In this document: one piece after another, positions 19,957-27,458 of the stretch
Layout of the letters: the number at the start of each line of letters is the position of its first letter
Position numbering within the stretch: the stretch's first letter is position 1
From: Bugula neritina
Lineage: Eukaryota > Animalia > Bryozoa
Assembly (NCBI GenBank): GCA_964035545.1
Contig: CAXIUT010000176.1
Coordinates: 1 to 27,458, forward strand
Length of the DNA: 27,458 nucleotides
Direction of reading: 5' to 3'
Notes under the pieces: generated by a model
What the model was told of the DNA's origin: nothing
Database searches by the model: none
What the model saw: the letters and a program-made list of their open reading frames with translations, nothing else
Program-made: the position numbers and the translations under genes

Positions 19957-21219
19957 ATGACAAAGCGAAACGCATTTTATGCCCAGTCTGGTGGTGTTAC
20001 TTCCGTAATTAATGCCTCAGCTTGTGGGATTATTCAAACTGCTCGAGAGAACGGTGACAAAATCGGCAAAGTCTATGCGGGACGTAATGGCATTATCGGG
20101 GCCTTAACAGAGGATTTGATCGATACCTCTTTAGAATCTGACGAAGATATTAAAGCTCTTCGGCATACACCGTCTGGAGCATTTGGTTCGTGCCGCTACA
20201 AATTAAAGCCAACCGATCAGGGTACTGAAGAGTACGAACGAATTATTGAAGTTTTGAAAGCGCATGACATTGGTTATTTTTTCTACAATGGTGGCGGGGA
20301 TTCCCAGGATACATCTCATAAAATGGCGATTATGAGTGAAAAGCTTGGTTATCCGATCACATGTATTGGCGTTCCTAAAACCGTCGATAATGATCTACCT
20401 ATTACCGATAACTGCCCAGGTTTTGGATCGGTTGCAAAATATGTTGCGGTTTCCATTCGAGAAGCCGGTTTCGACGTTGCTTCAATGGCTAAAACATCCA
20501 CTAAGGTTTTTGTCATGGAGGTCATGGGACGTCATGCAGGCTGGATCGCGGCAGCTGGCGCACTCGCAGCAGAAAAAGAAGGCGATTCACCTCATATTAT
20601 TCTTTTTCCTGAAGTGGTTTTTGATCAAGAAAGGTTTTTGGATCGCGTACAACAATGTGTTGAGAAGTATGGATACTGTGCGATTGTCGTATCAGAAGGT
20701 CTACAAAATGCGGAAGGTAAGTTTATGTCCGAGGCGGGGGGTACAGATGCCTTTGGTCACGCACAATTAGGCGGTGTCGCTCCTGTTATAGCTCAAATTA
20801 TCAAGGATGCGCATGGTTATAAATACCATTGGGCCGTGGCGGATTATTTACAACGGGCGGCTCGACATATCGCGTCTAAAACAGATGTCGATCAAGCCTA
20901 TGCGCTTGGGAAAGCGGCTGTTGAATTTGCATTAGCAGGAAAAAATGCCGTCATGCCGACAATAGTCAGAACGTCTGACAACCCTTATCAATGGGAGATT
21001 GGAGAAGCTCAATTAGCAGATGTTGCTAATGTCGAGAAAATGATGCCAGAAGAATATATTTCTGAAGATGGATTTGGAATTACTGAAGCGTGTCGCCAAT
21101 ATCTACAGCCTTTAATTGAAGGAGAAGATTATCCACCTTATAAAAATGGATTGCCGGATTATGTAGAACTGAAGAATGAACCGGTTGAGAAAAAACTCAC
21201 CAGTACCTTTGATATTTAA
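19957..21219 (+). CDS. pfp: 6-phosphofructokinase, probably pyrophosphate-dependent
   Basis: [58 protein letters not shown] 19957 lies behind RBS aagga. Confidence 0.9.
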   Translation: MTKRNAFYAQSGGVTSVINASACGIIQTARENGDKIGKVYAGRNGIIGALTEDLIDTSLESDEDIKALRHTPSGAFGSCRYKLKPTDQGTEEYERIIEVLKAHDIGYFFYNGGGDSQDTSHKMAIMSEKLGYPITCIGVPKTVDNDLPITDNCPGFGSVAKYVAVSIREAGFDVASMAKTSTKVFVMEVMGRHAGWIAAAGALAAEKEGDSPHIILFPEVVFDQERFLDRVQQCVEKYGYCAIVVSEGLQNAEGKFMSEAGGTDAFGHAQLGGVAPVIAQIIKDAHGYKYHWAVADYLQRAARHIASKTDVDQAYALGKAAVEFALAGKNAVMPTIVRTSDNPYQWEIGEAQLADVANVEKMMPEEYISEDGFGITEACRQYLQPLIEGEDYPPYKNGLPDYVELKNEPVEKKLTSTFDI

Positions 21220-22418
21220 AAGAGCTCAATATCTCCGGTATTCATACTTTCTTGATTGACGGCTTTTTTCTCGAGTTGTTCAAATACAATTTTATTTTGC
21301 GCGATTAAGGAATCTAGTGACTCGGTTGCTTGAATAACTCTTTTTTCATAATCTTCTGATGCTTGGGCATTGTGTAAATTTGACATCGCAAGTACAAATT
21401 CTTCCAAAGCACCAAAGCGTCTTCGCATATGGGACAAAAGCTGCCCAATCATATCTTCAAATTGTAGGGAGATTACACCAGCGGTCACGTGATCCTGAAT
21501 TTTTGTTGAGATATCATAGATTTTCTGTGACTGATCTGAGGCATTTTGATTTAGCTCAGAGACATCTGACCACATATTACTTACAGATTCCTGTGACTCA
21601 AGAACTTTATCAATATCCGTTTTTGCAACTTCCTGGACATCTACATCAACCGAACGAATAGACTCTTCAATTTCCGCGACTTTCAAACCGATCTGATCAC
21701 TGAATTGCTGGGTTCGTTGGGAAAGGCTCCTCACCTCATCTGCAACAACCGCAAAACCACGCCCTGCTTCACCAGCACGAGCCGCTTCGATTGCTGCATT
21801 AAGTGCTAATAAATTAGTTTGAGATGTGATCTGATTTACATCCGTCACGAGTTGGCTAACAGATTCCACATGGGTGATAGCCTCATCAAAACGAGAACCT
21901 ATTTGACTGCTTGTTGTGACCATTTGTTGTATGACATTCACAAACTCATTAATAATTTCTTCCGTTTTTTTAGAAGACTGTTTTAGACTTTTTGTTTCTT
22001 CTTGATGTTCTTCACCTGATGCAGTATCCAGTAATTCGTCTACAAGATTTTTTAATAATTCTTGCTGACCCGCTGATTCAGACTCTAAACCCGTAAAACT
22101 TCCAGACAGCTTCTCAGTTGCACTGTTAACAATATCAAGGGTTTGATCAAGCTCATCATTAATAAAACCAAATTGCTCAGAACTTTGAATTAATGCTCGC
22201 TCATGTAAGACGTCATAGTTACGAAATAACTCTTCATAACGCTCTACCTCACTGCTCTGTGAAAGTTTTTCTTGGGTTTTCTGTTTTTGAGGCCACACAG
22301 AAAGAAAAAAGATCGTTGCAAATATACCTGCAGAAACAAAAACTGACGGTACAAAAAGTGCCGAAAAAAAACCAAGTGCGGATAAAGTAACTACTGTGTA
22401 CTTCTTTTGATTTGCCAC
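21216..22418 (-). CDS. Methyl-accepting chemotaxis protein with a short N-terminal TM hairpin and C-terminal GDIELF
   Basis: Signalling hairpin [34 protein letters not shown], and SLQFED. Confidence 0.93.
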   Translation of the reverse strand: MANQKKYTVVTLSALGFFSALFVPSVFVSAGIFATIFFLSVWPQKQKTQEKLSQSSEVERYEELFRNYDVLHERALIQSSEQFGFINDELDQTLDIVNSATEKLSGSFTGLESESAGQQELLKNLVDELLDTASGEEHQEETKSLKQSSKKTEEIINEFVNVIQQMVTTSSQIGSRFDEAITHVESVSQLVTDVNQITSQTNLLALNAAIEAARAGEAGRGFAVVADEVRSLSQRTQQFSDQIGLKVAEIEESIRSVDVDVQEVAKTDIDKVLESQESVSNMWSDVSELNQNASDQSQKIYDISTKIQDHVTAGVISLQFEDMIGQLLSHMRRRFGALEEFVLAMSNLHNAQASEDYEKRVIQATESLDSLIAQNKIVFEQLEKKAVNQESMNTGDIELF

Positions 22419-22453
22419 AATGATATTTGCCTTATTTGTAGGTTGTTACAGCA

Positions 22454-22480
22454 CTAGCGGCACTTTGGCCTTGTTCTTTA
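22454..22480 (-). promoter_or_regulatory. Sigma28 (FliA) promoter of the MCP gene
   Basis: Minus strand reads TAAA-N15-GCCGCTAG versus consensus TAAA-N15-GCCGATAA, ~35 nt upstream of the GTG start. Confidence 0.7.
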
Positions 22481-22494
22481 ATGTAAGTTATTCA

Positions 22495-22511
22495 TACAAA
22501 TATGGTGCCAA
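22495..22511 (-). promoter_or_regulatory. Candidate sigma54 promoter of the MCP gene
   Basis: Minus strand reads TTGGCAC-CATAT-TTGTA versus TGGCAC-N5-TTGCW (one mismatch at -12). Confidence 0.5.
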
Positions 22512-22617
22512 TTAATTGAAACACAAAAGCTTTTATATATAGCTAGCTCATTTATTCAGATCCTTAAGCAATGTACAATTCGGCCTACATTCAAGTGCAT
22601 AAAGTATAGAGGAACGC

Positions 22618-23364
22618 ATGGCAGGTCATAGTAAGTGGGCAAACATCAAACATCGGAAAGGACGCCAAGATGCAAAGCGTGGCAAAATTTTCACTAAGCT
22701 GATTAGAGAAATCACGGTTGCAGCTAAATTAGGCGGAGAAGATCCAAACAGTAATCCACGATTACGTGCTGCAATAGATGCCGCTCTTTCGCAGAACATG
22801 ACCAAAGACACGATCGAACGTGCAGTAAAACGCGGTGCTGGTAGTGAAGAAAACGATAACATGGAAGAAATTCGTTATGAAGGTTATGGCCCTGGTGGCG
22901 TTGCTGTCATGGTAGATTGCATGACGGATAATAAAAATCGTACCGTTGCAGAGGTGCGTCATGCATTCACTAAGTTTGGTGGCAATATGGGCACCGATGG
23001 ATCAGTTTCGTATTTATTCAGTAAAATCGGGGTGATTAGTTTTGCGCCCGGGGCGGATGAAGATGCTGTGATGGAAGCTGCCTTAGATGGTGGCGCGGAT
23101 GATGTAGTCACTGAAGAAGATGGCTCAATTGAAGTTATCACCAGCCCTGAAGAATTCGGCTCTGTTAAAGATGCACTGGATCAAGCTGATCTAAAAGCAG
23201 ACATGGCAGAAGTCACTCAACGTGCATCAACTTCGGTTGAGCTTTCAGCAAGCCAGGCAGAAACCATGATGAAGCTGACTGATACATTAGAGGATCTGGA
23301 TGATGTTCAGGAAGTTTACTCAAATGCAGAAATCAGCGATGAAATTCTGGAGTCACTTGGTTGA
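22618..23364 (+). CDS. yebC: YebC/PmpR family protein
   Basis: [45 protein letters not shown] gagga. Confidence 0.97.
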   Translation: MAGHSKWANIKHRKGRQDAKRGKIFTKLIREITVAAKLGGEDPNSNPRLRAAIDAALSQNMTKDTIERAVKRGAGSEENDNMEEIRYEGYGPGGVAVMVDCMTDNKNRTVAEVRHAFTKFGGNMGTDGSVSYLFSKIGVISFAPGADEDAVMEAALDGGADDVVTEEDGSIEVITSPEEFGSVKDALDQADLKADMAEVTQRASTSVELSASQAETMMKLTDTLEDLDDVQEVYSNAEISDEILESLG

Positions 23365-23876
23365 AGCCAGATAATCATCCTGTAAGAATTTTAGGGATAG
23401 ATCCAGGTTCCCGTATTACTGGATTTGGGATTATCGATGTTCATGGCCAAAAAAATAAACACGTTTATAGCGGTTGTATAAGAACCTCAAAAGACGGTGG
23501 CTTTCCAGGCAGGTTAAAAACTATCTTTTCTGAAGTGTTTGCACTGGTTCAAGAGTATCGCCCTCAAGAACTGGCTATCGAAAAAGTATTTATGAATAAA
23601 AATGCGGATTCAGCACTTAAATTGGGCCAGGCCAGGGGTTCTGCCATGGTCGCAGCGATGCAAGGTGATCTTGATGTGTTTGAATATAGCCCAAACCGGA
23701 TCAAACAATCCATCGTTGGGCGTGGACACGCCGATAAAACCCAAGTCCAGCATATGATCAAAATGTTATTAGTACTCTCAAAACCACCGCAGGAAGATCA
23801 AGCTGATGCACTGGCTGTGGCGATCTGTCACGCGCACTCAAGACAATCAGAAATACTGTTGAGAAATTCCGCATGA
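23361..23876 (+). CDS. ruvC: Crossover junction endodeoxyribonuclease RuvC
   Basis: [43 protein letters not shown]. Confidence 0.96.
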   Translation: MKPDNHPVRILGIDPGSRITGFGIIDVHGQKNKHVYSGCIRTSKDGGFPGRLKTIFSEVFALVQEYRPQELAIEKVFMNKNADSALKLGQARGSAMVAAMQGDLDVFEYSPNRIKQSIVGRGHADKTQVQHMIKMLLVLSKPPQEDQADALAVAICHAHSRQSEILLRNSA

Positions 23877-24478
23877 TTGGTCGACTACGAGGTTTGTTAC
23901 TGGAAAAACAACCACCGCATTTATTGATCGACGTAAACGGCGTGGGTTATGAAGTCGAAGCACCGATGACAACTTTCTATAAACTCCCGGAGCTTAATCA
24001 GGAGGTTCAGCTATTTACGCATTTAGTCGTGAGGGAAGATGCCCAATTATTATTCGGATTTTTCACCGAAGATGAGCGACGTTTATTCCGTACTTTGATC
24101 AAAGTTAATGGTGTTGGTGCAAAAGTCGCGTTAGGCATACTCTCCGGAATTGAAGCACAAGAATTTGCTAATTGCGTGCATGAAAATGACACCGCACGTT
24201 TAATTCAGCTACCTGGTATCGGCAAAAAAACAGCAGAACGTTTGATCGTTGAAATGCGAGACCGGTTAGATGACTGGGAGATCAAATTAGCAAATTCCGA
24301 AGGTGCAGTTAGGACTAAACCAAGTCAATCATCTATCGAAAACGATGCAGTAAGTGCCCTCGTTTCACTTGGCTTCAAACCACAAGAAGCGAGCCGTGCT
24401 ATTGCCGATCTGGATATCGATGGTTTGAGTAGTGAGGATATAATTCGTCTCGCCTTGAGATCCAGCGTTAAAAAGTAA
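23873..24478 (+). CDS. ruvA: Holliday junction branch migration protein RuvA
   Basis: [61 protein letters not shown]. Confidence 0.97.
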   Translation: MIGRLRGLLLEKQPPHLLIDVNGVGYEVEAPMTTFYKLPELNQEVQLFTHLVVREDAQLLFGFFTEDERRLFRTLIKVNGVGAKVALGILSGIEAQEFANCVHENDTARLIQLPGIGKKTAERLIVEMRDRLDDWEIKLANSEGAVRTKPSQSSIENDAVSALVSLGFKPQEASRAIADLDIDGLSSEDIIRLALRSSVKK

Positions 24479-24739
24479 TAGTGCTGAAACTCAAATGTAC
24501 TAACCCTAATTTTATCAAGTGAAACGTTTTTAAAACTTCATTGCGGAGATGCTTTGTATCTTCACAGGTAACACTACGTGGTCACTTCTCCAGCACACAC
24601 TCAGACCCTATTCCAAAATCAACTTACCGTTACTTTCCCTTAACCGTATCTATCACATCGATTCAGTTATAATCCGACCGAAAAATAGTTCCTTAATCCC
24701 AGTGCCATTCAAGATAACGCCGACGTATTTACCAAGATC

Positions 24740-24854
24740 TGTCGCCCACAGACGACAACCCCCCCCAAAAAAGCACACCTCCATTTTTAGAGTTTTTTTA
24801 ATTAATTGATTTAATTAACAATAGTTGGTTTTGAATGTTGGTCCTTTTTTTGCA
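24740..24854 (+). promoter_or_regulatory. Candidate sigma54 promoter module: enhancer palindrome, IHF site and -24/-12 element
   Basis: TGTCG-N8-CGACA (24740-24757); AATCAA-TTAA-TTA on the minus strand at 24799-24811 (matches WATCAAN4TTR); TTGGTCC-TTTTT-TTGCA at 24838-24854 with GG-N10-GC spacing. Confidence 0.55.
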
Positions 24855-24948
24855 CAGCCTACTAACTTGGTCCGTGCTTCTATAAACCATGATAACCAGG
24901 GAAGAAACCTCTTACTAAAGTGCAGTATAAAAAGGCCAGAAAAACAAA

Positions 24949-27458
24949 ATGAAAGCACCAATCAAACAACAAATCCACACAGAAACTAACACAAAACCCG
25001 GTAAACCATGGCGACGACTGGCATTGCATTCTGCTGTGGCGACAGCGCTGATAGGCGGTGGTTATGGTGGTCGACAAGCTTATGCCGGTACTTGCGTCGG
25101 GCCTACACCTAACTTTGTTTGTTCGAATGCGGCCAATAGCGCCGCGGATACAACCCAGAACTTAACTGCGGTGGGTAATTTGCTGTCCGTCGTGCTTAAC
25201 TCAGGTTTTGGGATTGACACACGAATCAGTGGTGGCAATGCCTTTACCCTAGATAGCGACAGTGGAATTACCTTCAGTGCCAGTGGCAACGTACCGCTAA
25301 TTGCCGGCGCCAGTAGTGGTATTTATGCGACGAGTAGCAGTAGCTCTAGTGATTTAAGTATTAACACCACAAACGTTGATGAGGTGATTGGCACAAGTAG
25401 CCACGGGATTCATGTAGAAGCTAAAGGTAACATAAACATTACCACGGCCGATGTGAGCGGCGTGTATGGCATTTATGCTGATGGTGATAGCTTTGGAGGT
25501 GGAAATGGCAGTGTGACTATCGACAGTACTGCAGGCATGGTTAGCGGAACTACAAGAGGGATTAATGTAGATCAAACAGCTGGTGATATTAAAATTACCT
25601 CAGCCGATGCGAGTGGTGATTCATATGGCATTTATGCTGATGGCGATGGCAATGTGACCATCGACAGCAGCGCAGGCAAGGTGAATAGCGCAAGTGGCTA
25701 CGGGATTTATGTAGAAGCAAAGGGCAATATTAACATCACTACGGCCGATGTGAGTGGTGCTTCCTATGGCATTTATGCTGATGGCGATACAGTAAATGGT
25801 GGCAATGGCAGTGTGACCATAGATACTACTGCAGGCGTAGTTAACGGTACTAATGCTGGGATTGCTGTAGATCAAACAGTTGGTGATATTAAAATTACCT
25901 CAGCCAATGTGAGTGGTGATTCGTATGGCATTTATGCTGATGGCGGTGGCAATGTGACCATAGACAGCAGCGCAGGCAAGGTGAATAGCACAAGTGGTTA
26001 CGGGATTTATGTCGAAGCAAAGGGCAATATTAACATCACTACGGCCGATGTGAGTGGTGCTTCCTATGGCATTTATGCTGATGGTGATAGCTTTAATGGT
26101 GGAAATGGCAGTGTGACCATAGATACTACTGCAGGCGTGGTTAGTGGAAGTACTGATGCTGGGATTGCAGTAGACAACACTAATGGCGATATTAACATTA
26201 CTGCGGCCGATGTGAATGGTGATTCGTATGGTATTTATGCTGATGGCAATGGCAGTGTGACCATCGATAGCAGCGCTGGAAAAGTCGAGAGTGCAAGTGG
26301 TTACGGGATTTATGTTGAAGCTATGGGTAATATTAACATCACCACTGCTGATGTGAGTGGTGCTTCCTATGGTATTTATGCTGATGGCGATAATAGTAAT
26401 GGTGGCAATGGTAGTGTAACCATCGACAGTACGGCAGGTATGGTTAGTGGATCTAATGCTGGGATTCAGTCAGATGCTAGTAATAATATTAAAATTACCA
26501 CCGCAGATGTGAGTGGTGGTTCTCATGGCATTCAAACTAGCAATAGTAGCAGTAACACCGTTACCCATGAGGTTACCGTGTCTGCGGGCAGCACTGTCAG
26601 TGGCGACACTAGCTATGGCCTGCGTATATATCAAGGAACAGGTACGACTGGATCGATAAACGCTACTGTGACCAATAACGGTACGATCACATCTAATAGC
26701 ATCACAGCCTTGGATACAAACAGCCGTTTGACCATTACCAATAACGGCACCATTCGTGGTGGTCAAAGTGGTAGCAATCGTGTCGCGATAGATGCCAGCG
26801 ATGTAACCACAGGCCAAAACATCATTCACCAACAAGCTGGTCAGATAGACGGCAAGATTTTGCTAGGTACTGATGTCGATACGGTCAACATTACCGGTGG
26901 TGCGGTTAGTGGTGAGATAGTCGGCAAGGGCGATAACGATATAGTGAATGTGAATGTAGGCGCGGGCAATACTTTTGTCTCAAATGGCTTGAACGATGTC
27001 AGTAAGGTCAATATTGACAGCGGCACGCAACGTCAGGTGGGTGATATCGCGGGTACGACTGAGGTTGAGATAGATGCCGGTGCTAATATGGCGATTGTTG
27101 ATACGGTTGATACCGACTCGATTTCTCTGTTTGGTGATGGGCACCTGACCTTCTTCTTGGATGGTTCTGATACTAGCTTGTTAAATGCTGATGTCTTTAA
27201 CTTAACGGGTGTGGAAAGTGTCTTCCTTGATTTAGCGATAGACGATCCCAGCACCTTTGCAGTAAACCAAATATTCACCTTGGTCGATTATGATACCTCA
27301 CAAACTGGCTTATTCCGTTTTGATGATAACGGCACCACATCGATATTGACCGATGGGTCAAGCTTCGATCTGACCTCGGGCGGATCATTGCTGAGTTTTA
27401 TGATCGATTATGATCATGATTTAGGCGCCGGTGATTTATCGGTTGCATTGCAATTGAC
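24949..27458 (+). CDS. Large secreted/surface beta-helix-type repeat protein (autotransporter passenger-like or PEP-CTERM type), 3'-truncated by the window
   Basis: Hand translation from ATG 24949 is open for 836 codons: MKAPIKQQ..WRRLALHSAVATALIGGGYGGRQAYA|GTCVG..FVCS, then G/N/S/T/D/I-rich repeats. Absent from the ORF track, presumably because no stop codon lies in the window. Confidence 0.9.
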   Translation, partial: MKAPIKQQIHTETNTKPGKPWRRLALHSAVATALIGGGYGGRQAYAGTCVGPTPNFVCSNAANSAADTTQNLTAVGNLLSVVLNSGFGIDTRISGGNAFTLDSDSGITFSASGNVPLIAGASSGIYATSSSSSSDLSINTTNVDEVIGTSSHGIHVEAKGNINITTADVSGVYGIYADGDSFGGGNGSVTIDSTAGMVSGTTRGINVDQTAGDIKITSADASGDSYGIYADGDGNVTIDSSAGKVNSASGYGIYVEAKGNINITTADVSGASYGIYADGDTVNGGNGSVTIDTTAGVVNGTNAGIAVDQTVGDIKITSANVSGDSYGIYADGGGNVTIDSSAGKVNSTSGYGIYVEAKGNINITTADVSGASYGIYADGDSFNGGNGSVTIDTTAGVVSGSTDAGIAVDNTNGDINITAADVNGDSYGIYADGNGSVTIDSSAGKVESASGYGIYVEAMGNINITTADVSGASYGIYADGDNSNGGNGSVTIDSTAGMVSGSNAGIQSDASNNIKITTADVSGGSHGIQTSNSSSNTVTHEVTVSAGSTVSGDTSYGLRIYQGTGTTGSINATVTNNGTITSNSITALDTNSRLTITNNGTIRGGQSGSNRVAIDASDVTTGQNIIHQQAGQIDGKILLGTDVDTVNITGGAVSGEIVGKGDNDIVNVNVGAGNTFVSNGLNDVSKVNIDSGTQRQVGDIAGTTEVEIDAGANMAIVDTVDTDSISLFGDGHLTFFLDGSDTSLLNADVFNLTGVESVFLDLAIDDPSTFAVNQIFTLVDYDTSQTGLFRFDDNGTTSILTDGSSFDLTSGGSLLSFMIDYDHDLGAGDLSVALQL
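25384..26532 (+). repeat. Intragenic tandem repeat, ~300-nt (100-aa) period, ~3.8 copies
   Basis: gggatt[c/t]atgtngaagc at 25405, 25702, 26002 and 26305. YGIYADG is encoded seven times (25465, 25624, 25765, 25924, 26065, 26227, 26368). Confidence 0.95.

Noticed and set aside
24759-24772. C8A6 homopolymer as a phase-variation switch
   Set aside because: The tract is short and homopolymer lengths are unreliable in this assembly. It lies between the candidate enhancer and IHF site, so read-level length variation is still worth a look.
24549-24809. 86-aa ORF after ruvA
   Set aside because: No recognisable motif, Pro/Arg-rich tail running through a C8A6 tract, and overlap with the candidate promoter elements. 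Probably spurious or a remnant.
24855-24948. c-di-GMP riboswitch in the leader of the surface protein
   Set aside because: No GGCAAA..GAAA..GACGCAAAGC-type core or equivalent paired structure is seen.
25080-27278. Six short minus-strand ORFs in the track
   Set aside because: They are antisense shadows of the long plus-strand repeat protein ORF.

Overview
Chromosomal window (~40% GC) of a gammaproteobacterium, probably from an unpolished long-read assembly: at least 13 single-base indels, nearly all in short homopolymers, break leuS, yigZ, bepA, srkA, yajQ and a histidine kinase. Core genes: histidine kinase 3' end, yigZ, leuS-lptE-holA, yjcH-actP, a 972-aa NAD-glutamate dehydrogenase, yajQ-hugZ-like-srkA, DUF2333, bepA-soxY-soxZ, a PPi-type phosphofructokinase, an orphan MCP and yebC-ruvC-ruvA. 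A >836-aa repetitive secreted protein starts at 24949 and runs off the window, so the ORF track misses it. It lies behind a candidate enhancer/IHF/sigma54 promoter. The most interesting non-coding signal is two intergenic structured elements (6483-6697 on +, and a ~116-nt tandem array at 16033-16474 on -). Both show C-AUGGAY-G and C-AGGAA-G hairpin loops, the CsrA/RsmA-binding pattern, on the sense strand. One array unit was split by a 94-nt hairpin module inserted into its GGA loop. No CRISPR array, tRNA, rRNA or transposase was found.
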